From positions 1 through 64,000 of the forward strand of contig NW_005434603.1 in the NCBI RefSeq assembly GCF_000315625.1: DNA of 64,000 nucleotides, read 5' to 3'. A program made the position numbers and the translations under genes. Shown in pieces: positions 49,471 to 61,457 of this stretch; positions within the stretch are counted from its first letter, which is position 1; each line of letters opens with the position of its first letter. The notes beneath the pieces are model-generated. The model searched no databases and was not told the DNA's origin. It worked only from the letters and a program-made list of their open reading frames with translations. Source of the DNA: Guillardia theta CCMP2712. Lineage: Eukaryota; Protista; Cryptophyta.

Positions 49471-50476
49471 GCAGGTACCCAAGGGAGTTTCGACAAGGGG
49501 CAGTACCCCCACCCCCTCTGTCCGCTCCTTGGGTCTATTCACCCCCTCATTTCCCAGGCCTGACAGACTTTATACCGGGTAATTAGAAATGTTTTTGTTT
49601 CTCAGGGGTGGGTGGTCAGCCATGGTTGCCTTGGGCGACGTCTGGATGATGGTGGGTGGGGTATATTGCTCAGGGTAGGGTAGATGTAGGCCAAAGGGTA
49701 GGGTACTAAGGCAATAGGACCGGTGGTCTGGTATGGTGAAAAAAGTTCAAATCACCCCTCCTTTAGTACCCTACCTCCCATTTTCCAGATGAGATGACCG
49801 GTGGGTCCACACGCCGGCCGGCCGGCCCGCCGGCTCTGGCAACGGCGGGTGCCACTCGAACCCTAGTAGTACCGTTAACTTCACTCAACTTTGACATGTC
49901 CAATGTACAGAGTTGACAAAAATTTCTTTTATATTGATAAACTTTAGTCACTATAATTATTTCTATGTAACTAAAATCTTGTTAGGCTAGTTGAGTAATA
50001 CTTCGCTAGTTCTGCTTCCCGCCCGGAGGGCACGTGAACCCCGGCGCCGCATGCAGAGGCTGCTGACGCTCCTCCTCCTCCTCCTCCTCTCCTCCTTCCT
50101 TTCCAGCTGCACCGCTCCCTCCCCCCGCTCCTTGGCAATAATATCTCTCAACCACCTGCTCTAGTTCACCTCCGATCCGCTTTCTAGTGCATCCTCCTTG
50201 CTGCATCCCCTGCCGCCGGCATTCGATTGCAATCAGCCATTTCTTATTGAACACCCCGCCCGAGAGGGTCGCAGTCGGTAGTTTTACTTGCTCGAACCAT
50301 CGCTTGCATCACATTTTGCTGATCCCTACACTTTCAACTGCTTTCGCCTTCTATGCTCAGCTTTAGCCTCCATCATCTCTCCGCATGCACTTGCAAGTTC
50401 TGGCCATCCCCGCCCTCTTGCTGCTGATCAGGACGGGATTCTTTCTGAACGCGATTGACAGGCAGGGAGAGGAACG

Positions 50477-53400
50477 ATGGATGACCGAGCGCAGTTCGAG
50501 CAGCTCATCAGGTCTTTGGCCTTTCTCGTCCTCCTTCCCTCCCTCACGACTCCTCACACAGGGGGCTTATGGACCCCTCCAACGAGGCCAGAAAGATATC
50601 AGAAGCGAGCTTCGAGCAGCTGTGCGCTCAGCCAGAGCGAGCGGCGCCTCTGCTCTGCAGCACGATGCAGATGGTACGTGACTCCCCTCCCCCCCAGTGC
50701 ATGACAGGCTGGCAGTCCGAGGATGAGATGGTACGAAGCCTGACCATCATCATGTTCCGCAAGCGTGTCACAGAACAGTTCTTCCAGCAGCTCAGCCCTG
50801 AGACCAAGGTCTCTACATCTCCATCCCCCATATCTCCTCTGCTCTTCCCTTGCCACCTCTCCTGTCTCTTCCCTCCTCCTCGGTGTTTTACTCCCGTTTC
50901 CTCCTCCGCTCCCCTTCGACTCCTTCCTTCCTACCTCACCATCTGCGCAGGCGGGCGTGAAGCACACCCTCATCCACTGCGTGCAGCATGAACCCTCGGC
51001 TTCTAACAGGAAGAAGCTGGCGGACACTACGGGGGAGGTCGCCGCCATGATCTTTGAGTCCGAGACTGAATCCTGGCCCGAGCTGTTCCCGTTCCTCTTT
51101 GAAAGCGCAAAGAACCCAGCAGCTCACCTGCGCGAGTCCGCCATGCTGATCCTTACCCGTCTTGCCTTCTCTGCCAGTGACGCTCTCCAGCAGAATGTGA
51201 ACCACGTAAAGATGCTCTGCGCTCAGACCCTGCAGGACCCCGAGAGCAAGGACGTTCGTCTAGCTGCCCTCAGCGCCACTGGGAGCATAGTGCAGGCCTT
51301 CTCCTCCTACGAAGAGCAAGTCTCTGACTTCCAGGAAGTGATCCCGACCATGTGCCAGGTGCTGACTGGCCTGTTGAACGAGAACGATCAGGACTCGGCA
51401 AGGATTGCACTTGAAGAGTTCATCACCATGGCAGAGGAGGCGCCGAAGTTCTTCAGGAGGCACCTCGACTCTCTGATCCAGCTGGCGTTTCAGATCGCCA
51501 CGGCCAACAACCTGGAGGAGGACACGCGATTCCTTGCAGTGGAGCTCCTGGTGACGCTGGCAGAGCAGGCACCTGCAATGATGAGGAAACAGAAGATTTT
51601 TCTTGACAACATGGTCCCCCTTGCACTGCAGCTCATGCTCACTGTGGAGGAAGTTGACATGCACGCCTGGAATTCGACCACGGACGACGACGACGACACT
51701 GAGCTGACTTCCCTTGACGTGGGCAAGGACGCGCTCGACCGCCTTGCGCTCTCGCTCGGCGGCAAGACTGTCTTCGGCCTAGCCTTCCGGCAGGATCTCC
51801 TTCCCTCCTTCATGACTCACCAGGACTGGAAGTACAGGCACGCGGCCCTCACCTGCATCGCGCAGATTGCCGAGGGCTGTCAGAAGCAGATGAAGCAGCA
51901 CCTGGAGAGCATCGTCATGCAGACCGCTCAGTGCTTCTCCGACGCTCATCCCCGAGTCCGCTGGGCGGCGATCAACGCCATGGGCCAGCTTGAGACTGAC
52001 CTCGGCCCGGACTTGCAGGAGCGGTACCATGCTGTTGTGCTTCCGGCCCTTATCACCGTCATGGACGACAACGCAAACCCGCGGGTCCAGTCGCACGCGG
52101 CGGCCGCGGTGATCAACTTCACTGAGGACTGCAAGAAGGACACAGTCCAGCCGTACCTCGAGGGCCTGCTGGGCAAGCTCCTCCACTTGCTTATGGGCGG
52201 AGTCAGGATCGTGCAGGAGCAGGCGATCACCGCTATCGCCTCCGTGGCAGACTGCGTGCAGGAGCAGTTCAAGCCCTTCTACGGGGGGATCATGCCGGTG
52301 CTCAAGGACATCCTGCGCAACTGCGTGCACAAGGAGCAGCGAATGCTGCGAGGGAAGGCGATGGAGTGTATCTCCCTCATCGGCATCGCCGTCGGCAAGG
52401 AAGTTTTCATCGCTGACGCCAAGGAAGTCATCGATCAGTTCCTCAACACCCAGACGGCAGCGCTGGACCCGGACGACCCGCAGATCTCCTACCTCCTGCA
52501 GGTGTGGGGAAGGCTAGCCAAGGCTCTCAAGCACGATTTCATCCCGTACCTCAGTGTTGTCATGCCCCCGCTGCTCAACTCCGCGGGCATCAAAGCCGAC
52601 GATCAGGTTCTGGACGATGCTGAGGAGGAGGAGGAGGAGGAGGAGGGCATCACGACCGTCGTGGTGCAGACGGAGGAGGGAGCGAAGAAGGTCGCGCTCA
52701 AGACAGCGGCGCTGGAGGAGAAGTCGACTGCATGCAACATGCTCGTCTGCTACTTCGCGGAGCTGAAGGAAGGGATGTTCCCCTTCCTCGAGCAGGTGGC
52801 TCGACTCATGGTCCCCCTCCTCGCCTTCATCTACTCGGAAGAAGTCCGGACGGCCGCGGCCTCCCTCATGCCGGAGCTGATCGACTGCGCGATCTCGAGC
52901 ATGAGGAACGGGCTCTGCAACCAGACGTTTGTCAAGGGGCTGAGCGACATGGTGTTCCAGAAGCTCGTGGCCATGATCAAGGAGGAGCCCGAGCCCGACG
53001 TCCAACTCGCCATGATGGAATCGCTCAACGAGTCGATGACGTTCGGGGGCGACGGCTGCCTGGGGTCGCCCGAGATGGTGGTGGAGGTGCTGGTGGCGAT
53101 GCACACGGTGCTGAACGAAGTGATTGAGAGATGCGAGAAGAGGAAGAAGGCGAGGAAGGACGAGGACTTTGACGACGACGATGCTGAGAACCAGGAGCTC
53201 GAGGCGGACAGGGACAACGATCTCCTCGAGTCCATCTCCTCCAACATTGGGACCCTCACGAAGCATCATGCGGAGGCCGTGCACGCTGCCTTCACCAAGT
53301 ACGTGGAGGTCTTCGGCACCCTCGTGTCCTCCCCCGTCGTCACCCACCAGCGCATCGGCATCTGCATCTTCGACGAGCTCTTGGAGAACCTCGGCGAGCA

Positions 53401-54301
53401 CGGGCGGACGTACATGCCGCAACTCCTACCAGCCCTCGTCCAGTTCAGCAAGGACAGGAACTCGGAAGTGAGGCAGGCGGCAGTGTACGGGCTCGGCATC
53501 TGCGCACAGTACGGAGGGAGCGTGTTCGGGCAGAATGCAGCTCAGGTTCTGCAGTGCCTGTATGACAACCTGAACCACCCGAGTGCGAGGGAGGACAGCA
53601 ACGTGTACGCCACAGACAATGCCGTCAGCGCGCTAGCAAAGGTGATCGAGTTTCAAGCTCAGCACATGGAGGACAGGAACGCGGCCATTACCCAGTTTGT
53701 GCACTACCTACCGGTGACGGGAGATAAGGAGGAGGGAGTCCAGGTCGACATCCCCGTTGCCCTCCCTCCCGCTGCTGATGCTCCGTGATGCAGGTACATG
53801 GAAGGCTGTGCTCCATGGTGGAGCGAGGAGAGCCGGCTCTGCAGCCGCTGCTTCCAAAGGTACTTCATTCTTCCATGCATGCGTGCCAGCTCATCCGCCC
53901 TGCAGGTCATCCAGGTCATGGTTGCGATCCTGGAGACGGAGACGGTTGACGAGGAGGTGACAGAGCGGATTCGCAAGATCTTCAGAATGTGAGGAAGAGG
54001 AAGAGGAGAGGAAGGAGGGAGGAGGAAGGATCGCTGCTGGGTGACTGTCCTTGCTTTGCTGTAGGTTTCAAACAACTCCAGGAGTTTCAGAAGTGTTGCA
54101 ACAAACTTTCGCTTCCCTGCCGCCAGACCAGCAGGTAACATAAACAAGAGGACGAGGACAAGAAGACGGAGAGAAGGCCTCATTGGGTCTGTGTGAGGAC
54201 GTTGGGGAGAATTCAGGGGAACGGAAGCAGAGAGGCGAGAGGGGCAGAAAACTGACATGATTGTTTGATGACAGGAGAAGATTAACAGGCTCATGCAGTG
54301 A
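50477..54301 (+). CDS. IPO5: Importin-5 / karyopherin beta-3
   Basis: HEAT-repeat protein with WPELFPFLF, ALDRLALSLGGK, DAHPRVRWAAINAMGQL, PRVQSHAAAAVINF, LRGKAMECISLIGIAVGKE and VRQAAVYGLG. Confidence 0.96.
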
Positions 54302-54479
54302 TCTGATCGGATGCGCGAGACTGATTGTAGCAATACATGTAGTTGGAAATTTTCTCATTTTTTTTTCGACGTTGTAAGAAGTTGAAGGGGTTGAGCGATC
54401 GTTTATATCTGCCGGCTCAGTCGCATACCAGCAATTTTATGTGCGCTGCCGTGCTTCAGTGAAGGTTTGAGGTCCGACA

Positions 54480-55340
54480 GGCTTGTGTGCGGAGTCCGTT
54501 ATGCGCCGGCGGGTCCGAGTCACTCCGAGTCCGATCATCGGATCCCGGGGCACGGCGCCGGAGCCAGGCCCAATGGTCTTCACGGAGAGTCTAGTGTGAT
54601 AGCCTAGCGTTACGGTCCTCGTCAGTTGGATTTTCATCCTTCAAGGCTCCGTTGCCACCGAGCCTGTGCGATCGGACACTGTGAAGCCTCCTCGGAGGCC
54701 CGGTGGCCGAGTCCGAGTGACGGGTCTCCCCCCGCCCGCCGAGTCTCCCCCCCAACGCCGGGCCTGATGATCATTGTCCTCGTACTCAAAGGCTCGGATT
54801 TCAAAGTTAGCTTAACCTTGAGTAAACCTGGCACCGGCCGCTGTAAAAGCCACCTGGCAAGCGTGGGGCCCGCCCGGCGATGAGGCCGGCAGCAGGCGCA
54901 TCGTACACGGCAACTGCGGCAGCCTGTGACGCCGGTGCTCCGTCGGAGCCTGCCTAGATAAACATATAAACCTTCGCTCATCCGTGAGATTTGTTGGGAG
55001 ATGAAGACTCTTCCACCCGGCGGCGGGTGACCGTCAGTTGAAAAAGGCCCTAGCCTGGAGCAAAGACATTTTAGCGGCCTCCCGTGCCATTGATGACCCG
55101 GCAGAGAGTGGCGGCCGTCGGTAACAAACGCGGCCCGGGCGGAAGCTGTAGTACATGCCGACGGCATGAGTATATCCACCCCTTCCGACTGGTGGCCATT
55201 CTACTTGAAAGGGCAAGTCAAAGTTGCCGGGCACCTTCACGGTTTGGCATCGGTGGAAGCAAAACGTGTTGGGCGAGTCAAGGTAATCATCATGTCTGAG
55301 CGTGCTCGATGCGTGAATCTCGGGACCGGTAGGTCAGGGT
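54480..55340. repeat. GC-rich palindromic island with degenerate terminal motif (54774-54828)
   Basis: ATTGTCCTCGTACT...TTAACCTTGAGTAAA embedded in micro-palindromic sequence. Confidence 0.65.
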
Positions 55341-55740
55341 CTGGAGTACGCATTTGACCTAGGAGGGGGAGGGTGGTACCTTATTGGACTAGTTTACTAG
55401 GGACAAAGGGGGTTTTCTTTCTTTTTAAGGTCACGAAATGATGACTGGAGGGATGTTAAGTAAACTATCATGGTATCATGGAGGGAGACAGTGGAGATCT
55501 GAAAACTCGAAAAAACGTGTTTTCGTGTTTCAAAGGATGCAAGGCTGACATCACTTTGGCGCCCCCTTCGCATTGCCCCTTGATCCCCTACATCTAGGGA
55601 TGCTTCACCAGTCTCGTCCTCGCGATAGACACTCTCCCACCATCCTCATCTCCTCCTCCTGATTGGAACCAACCTCCTGAGGGATCAGTCCTCTCACAAG
55701 AACACCCAGATTCCTTCTCGGTACGCCTTCCCCAGAAAGC

Positions 55741-56052
55741 ATGCAGGACGACTTTGCTCCCTTGTCTCTTGACTCCCAGTTGGTCGACGAATTCGAGGCT
55801 GCTCCCTTTGTGTCCAACACGACCTCATCGTGCTCCTCCTACCTCAACTCCCCTCTTGTCGACGAGTCTTGTGGACAGACCATGGCGAACCTGCACAGGC
55901 TTTTGCAGTCCCAGGATGAAGACAGGGATGTGGCTTTGCCGTGTCCAAGCAGAGACAAGCAGCTCAGAGCTCTCCGGCATTGCATTGAGTTGCTCACGCG
56001 CCCAGAGAAACCTGAGATTTACGGGGCAACAGGAGAGCTGATTCAATTGTGA
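55741..56052 (+). CDS. Small protein, unknown family, copy 1
   Basis: C-terminus PCPSRDKQLRALRHCIELLTRPEKPEIYGATGELIQL* is shared with three neighbours. Confidence 0.7.
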   Translation: MQDDFAPLSLDSQLVDEFEAAPFVSNTTSSCSSYLNSPLVDESCGQTMANLHRLLQSQDEDRDVALPCPSRDKQLRALRHCIELLTRPEKPEIYGATGELIQL

Positions 56053-56651
56053 TCCGAAGAAGGAACCCGCGTACACACATATTTATGTCTCTGTGCATTA
56101 GTTATTGATTAGAAGAGCTTTTTCTCTCGTTGTGCAATATTGTATAGTATCGCAAATAAAGAAATCAATCTGTAGAAAAGGGATGTTTGTCATCTTTCTC
56201 TCTTGTTCAGAACGCATTGATTGATATGATCTTCAGGGGATGCCTGGCTGGAAGCCCATGAACACAAGCCTATTGCTTGTTTCACATGTTACAGACCAGC
56301 TGAAACACCCTCAAGCATAATCTCAATGAGCATTTCTCTGAAAGACGGCATCGTCTCACCTGCTTGCAGCTGTAAGGAATGATCGCTCTCCCCACCCCCA
56401 GTCCTGCCATGTCGCCCCCTACAGAGAACGATCAGCCGGGCCTGACACATGCAGGCTGGATCGTGAAAACATGGTGAGGCGGGCTCGAAACAGATGAAGC
56501 TGCAGAAACGAGGATAAGGCCGGTCATGAATTGATTGTTAAAGTCACGTTACTTACCCGGAGTAAAATCACGAGGCAGTTGAACGTCTTAAGATCGTGGG
56601 GGTGGGGTAGAAAAAAACAACGCAAGGGTTAGGAGCACCGCCATTTCTATT

Positions 56652-57128
56652 ATGAAAAGACTTAGAAAATATCGATGCCTTCATTGCACAAGATTGATGG
56701 CTTCTGTGAGGGGGGTGGGTCATTTCCAGGGGAAGCGTTATCACGATGATACGGAACAGGAGGAAACGAGAACGGGAAGCGAAGAGGCGATGGTCAGGAC
56801 AGACAACGCGCATGCTGTATCAGAGGAAGGACACAACTCTCTCATGCTCAATGGGCACCATGCCGACCACTCATGGCAGACTGGAGCTGCGCTGCTCAGA
56901 GACGGAAGGCCTCTGAGATTGTCCACCAGACCTGCAACTTCGGACCCCGATGCATGCAAAGACGTCCTCCCGTCTCACCTACCATCACAGCAAGAAGGAG
57001 CTAGCAGCACTGCTGTGCCGTCTTTCAAGCTCAAACTGCTCAGTGCCCTTCAACATTCCATCCATTTGCTCTCAAGAGAAGAAAAGCCGAGGATAAAAAC
57101 GGCCACGGGGGAATGGCTCAGGTTGTAA
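56652..57128 (+). CDS. Small protein, unknown family, copy 2 (diverged)
   Basis: C-terminus PSFKLKLLSALQHSIHLLSREEKPRIKTATGEWLRL*. The start is uncertain. Confidence 0.6.
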   Translation: MKRLRKYRCLHCTRLMASVRGVGHFQGKRYHDDTEQEETRTGSEEAMVRTDNAHAVSEEGHNSLMLNGHHADHSWQTGAALLRDGRPLRLSTRPATSDPDACKDVLPSHLPSQQEGASSTAVPSFKLKLLSALQHSIHLLSREEKPRIKTATGEWLRL

Positions 57129-57584
57129 CACAAACGGCACAGTCATGATTCTTTTAAACTCACTCTAACAACGATCATATTCCAATGTGATGTACAAAAA
57201 CACGATCAATGAATGAAGTAAACAGCTGATTGATTTCCTTGTAGAAATGTGCTTTCCGCTGTTGTCGCCTGTTCCTAGCAAGCCCTTGACGATTCCACTG
57301 GCAAGTTGCATGCTGGTTTAACCACGGCAGGATGCAATGATCGCGTGCACAAGACCTGAGAGCGCATCCTGCATTGAGCTCCCCTGACAAACACCGAGGA
57401 ATTTCCGACGTAGAGCTCAGGAACGCATGAGATCTCTCATTAAGAAACCAGCAGGCCGATCACAACCCCTTCCCTTCCCACAGCGATAGGTCTCAGCTGC
57501 CAAATGCTCTCCAGCCATCATCTACAGGATCATGTGTCTCCCTCAAGGCTCAGGCTCTGCAGATTTTACATTGCGATGAAGCTG

Positions 57585-57896
57585 CTAGCCGGGAGAGTCG
57601 TGAGCTGATTTATCAAAGATGCCGTTCGGGGGAGAAGAGAGGTTGTTGTAATGAAGGTCCAGGTAGCCCAGCCTTGACAGGTTGCCAAGTTGGCAAAGAT
57701 ACCGGCTGGAAGGGTTGAGCCTGAGCTGGTTTTGGTCAAGGTAGAGGTACTGAAGCCCCGATACTAGTCCCTCGAAAGCTCCAGCTGATATCTCCATGTT
57801 GTCTCTTTGGTCCAGCCAGATCGATGTACAGCCTCTGCTGCCGTGCTCCACTGACCTCCCCCCGTCCTCCTCAACACTCCCCGGGCCCGCCGTCAC
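57585..57896 (-). pseudogene. Leucine-rich-repeat gene fragment
   Basis: AGAFEGL(V)SGLQYLYLDQNQL...LSRLGYLDLHYNNLSSPPNGIFDK. The intervening STLPAGIFAN is recoverable in another frame. Confidence 0.75.
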
Positions 57897-58470
57897 GTTC
57901 CGTGTTCAGACTCGTCGGACACTGAACCGGCGTGCATCCGGGACTGAGTCCCCCGCATGTTACGGAGGCTAACGTAACTTGAAGACTTTGGCCCCGTAAA
58001 CGGAGACCGTCCGACTCAGCGGCAAGAGTCTGGCAGGGGTCAGAGTCAAGTGAGGAAGCACTGAAGCGCCGCGCGGCGGCCAGTGTTCAGTGACAGTGAC
58101 AGGCCGGGCTAGGAACTTGCCAGTGACCCGGTCATGCGCTGCGGCGCCGCGGGAGTCCGGAGTCCGGGCCCTGACCCGGTAACTTAAACTTGCCTTGCCA
58201 AGTTGCTCCGCCGGGCCCGCCGGTCAACGGGCGAGTCACTGAGTCACGGAAGTTCAACGGTTCAACAGTTGCACGCCGTGACGGTGACCACTCGGACCGG
58301 GGGGCCGCGGGCGAGTCACTTCAAGTGCACCCGCGGGCGAGTCACTTGCACCCGGCATGGGCCACTCTTCGGCCCCGGCGACCCGGCACAGCCGCTCAGC
58401 ACGGCGGCAACCGTTTGAACGGGCCGGCCTTCAACTTGCCCGCCGGCCGCCCGGCCGACTGACCATCTGT
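57870..58470. repeat. GC-rich palindromic island
   Basis: GAGTCACTGAGTCAC, CAGTGACAGTGAC and CCGG-rich texture. Confidence 0.7.
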
Positions 58471-58775
58471 CATTTTGGCCCTTGAAGTTAAAACTCGCAT
58501 CATGCCACCGACCGAATTGGTTGTAAGCTTGTCGAGAAGGTTCTAGTGGACGTCTATATCATTTTAAAATGCAGCCTCCTTTCATCGAAATCAATCGTTT
58601 TCGTGATTTCTTTGGCCTCCTTTGCCTCTTTCACCCCCTTGAGATCCCTTGTTCTCCTCCTCGACCTGTCAGCGGCACCAAGATTCTCCTGCCACCGCTC
58701 CTCATCCGTTCTCTGCTAGATCCTGTTTCTCCACCCCTCAAGAACTTCTAGGAGGATTCTACTAGTGCTGGCGCA

Positions 58776-59150
58776 ATGACTGCCCAAAGTGACTTCGACG
58801 TTCTCGCTGTCTCCTCCCCCTCCTTCGACGACCTGGACCTCGTCTCTCTTCCTCATTCCATGTCGAGCTGCTCCTTGTCTTCATGCCAATCTGTGGATTC
58901 CGACACCACCGCGTCCTCGGAGTCGTCGGACGAGAGCCAAGAGTTCTATCTCACGTACACGAGGCCTCGGCAGCCGAAGACGGTGGAGGTAGCTATGGGA
59001 AGTGAGGCGGAAGGTATGGAACTATCGAGGGGGTGGCCGACACCCTCTAGGGAGAAGCAGCTGCGAGCGCTAGAGCACTGCATAGCGCTACTGAGCAGGC
59101 AAGATCGTCCTCGGATAACCAGTGCTGTTGGAACGATACTGGAAATGTGA
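58776..59150 (+). CDS. Small protein, unknown family, copy 3
   Basis: Ser/acidic N-terminus and C-terminus PTPSREKQLRALEHCIALLSRQDRPRITSAVGTILEM*. Confidence 0.75.
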   Translation: MTAQSDFDVLAVSSPSFDDLDLVSLPHSMSSCSLSSCQSVDSDTTASSESSDESQEFYLTYTRPRQPKTVEVAMGSEAEGMELSRGWPTPSREKQLRALEHCIALLSRQDRPRITSAVGTILEM

Positions 59151-59594
59151 GTGAAGGACAACGTGTAGATGTTGTAATCTATGTAGCATAATTGAAACGA
59201 ATGAATAGTAAAGACTCATACATTCTGCGATTGTCTTGCAAGGAATGCATTCGAACAGATCAATGTAAGAAACAGTGGCGTTTTGGATCACTGCTTATAA
59301 TTGCAGGGAGGGATACTAACGTCCTAAACAATAAGCGCATACAGTAGAAAGTCAACATAAATCACGTTGAAAGATGATTTGCTGCGAATTCCCTTCGCAC
59401 TACGCTTCCAAGAGCTCTGTTTCAAGAAAGACAAAATTATCAAATGTATGCAGTCAATCAGTCCCTGCATTCAACACAATCCAAACATTGCCTTGAGACG
59501 ACAGAAAATTAGCAACAGTTTGATGAAATGGGCTTTTAATCCACCAATTTCAATTATGCTACATAGATTACAACATCTACACGTTGTCCTTCAC

Positions 59595-59972
59595 TCACAT
59601 TTCCAGTATCGTTCCAACAGCACTGGTTATCCGAGGACGATCTTGCCTGCTCAGTAGCGCTATGCAGTGCTCTAGCGCTCGCAGCTGCTTCTCCCTAGAG
59701 GGTGTCGGCCACCCCCTCGATAGTTCCATACCTTCAGCCTCACTTCCCGTAGCTACCTCCACCGTCTTCGGCTGCCGAGGCCTCGTGTACGTGAGATAGA
59801 ACTCTTGGCTCTCGTCCGACGACTCCGAGGACGCGGTGGTGTCGGAATCCACAGATTGGCATGAAGACAAGGAGCAGCTCGACATGGAATGAGGGAGAGA
59901 GACGAGGTCCAGGTCGTCGAAGGAGGAGGAGGAGACAGCGAGGACGTCGAAGTCACTCTGGCGAGCAGGCAT
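59595..59972 (-). CDS. Small protein, unknown family, copy 4 (inverted near-identical duplicate of copy 3)
   Basis: Protein is nearly identical to 58776-59150 and convergent with it. Confidence 0.75.
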   Translation of the reverse strand: MPARQSDFDVLAVSSSSFDDLDLVSLPHSMSSCSLSSCQSVDSDTTASSESSDESQEFYLTYTRPRQPKTVEVATGSEAEGMELSRGWPTPSREKQLRALEHCIALLSRQDRPRITSAVGTILEM

Positions 59973-60189
59973 GGCTGTGGAGTAGTGACGCAACTGGCTG
60001 GAACGAATCTACTGTATTCCGAAGATGTTTCAACAAGGTGTAGGAGGCAGAGGTGTTGAAAAGAGTGAAGTCGTTCGACCAGGGGAGGAGGCTGCGAGAG
60101 ATTTGAAACAATGTGATTTCGCAACGTATGGCCACAATCTGCAACTGAGTTGTAGCGGCTTGTGATATCTTTTCTCACAGGAGTCACGT

Positions 60190-60830
60190 GGACCGGGGGA
60201 GGCTGACACCGACTCGACTCGAATCTTCCATCTGGCCGGGACGAACTGTCCAGAAGCCTTGACTACTCTCTCCTGATTGTCCTCGTACTGATCTTTAACT
60301 TAACTTTGAGTAAAGAAGTGGTCCCCGGTTGTCGTTTACAGTTACCGTCAAACTCAAACGCCGGGTAGTAAAGTTCTCGGGTGCCGGCCGCCCCGGCGCC
60401 CGGGGCCGGGCCGGGCACCTCACCGGGCCGGGGGGGACCGGGGGGGGGCCGGGACTCCTGACTGAGTGGCCGGTCCCCGGCCCGGATGATCATCGGACCG
60501 TACTCCGCCGGGATGCCCGGTGACCGTCCCGGGGTCCGTCTCCGAGTCACCGGGGGCCCGGCGGCGGAGTCCGTTCTTGGCGGCGGCCGGGGTCGGCAGT
60601 GAGTCACGAGTCGAGTCCCGGCCCAGGCCCGGGCGGCGGCCCGGCCCTCTCGGAGGCGGCCGGGCCGCGCCGTCTGCCTGAACTGAGACGGTCCGATCAT
60701 CGGATTCCAGGATAGGCCGGGCCAGTGACTCCCGACTGCGGGCCGGGCCAGGGGCACTGGGCCGCGGTCGGGAGTCACTGGCCGCCGCCGCCGCTACTAG
60801 AGACGGTCTCAGTCCGGATCGGATCCGATT
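60190..60830. repeat. GC-rich palindromic island with the cleanest copy of the terminal motif (60275-60318)
   Basis: GATTGTCCTCGTACTGATCTTTAACTTAACTTTGAGTAAAGAAG. Confidence 0.7.
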
Positions 60831-61457
60831 GGAACTATTCTGTTGAAGGAACACAACTGTTGAAGGAATGTTCTTTAGAAAGAACATTGGACCCAATGGA
60901 CTTCCGGTATTTTCAAGGTAACGGTTACTACCCCTTGTGAGCTTAGTCTACGAGAGGAAATTAGAGGGTAGGGTACTAACCCCTCGAGATCTCTCCCTCG
61001 CCTCCAAAATGGATCCGCAGTACTGCAAGAATTGCATACCATGGACGCGGCGATGAGGAGATGCGAAACGAGGAGAGGATAGAACAGGGTTGTGGCATGA
61101 AAGATGCGTTGCTGATGACCGATACATCCTCCTTCATCTTGTACGCAATGTTTGCCCTCGGCCGTCTGCTCTGAGGACTTTTGGAACGCAGCCTAGGTTC
61201 AGGCCATGTAGACAATGCATCTCTGCATCTTCCGTCGTTACGAGAATCCTGTTGTCATGACGATAGTCAAAAGATATAGCCTTAACTTATCTCTGTCTTC
61301 TTGTATGTCTGAGGACTTGTGCATGAGGGATGATTAGTAACTCATGAGATGAAACCAGTTATGAACGTCGTCCACTCAGCGCTTTGAACTCACCGCAGAC
61401 TTTAGCAGCACCAGACTGTAGCCCTCCCACGCCTCCGTCGGAGCAAGACAAAACACA

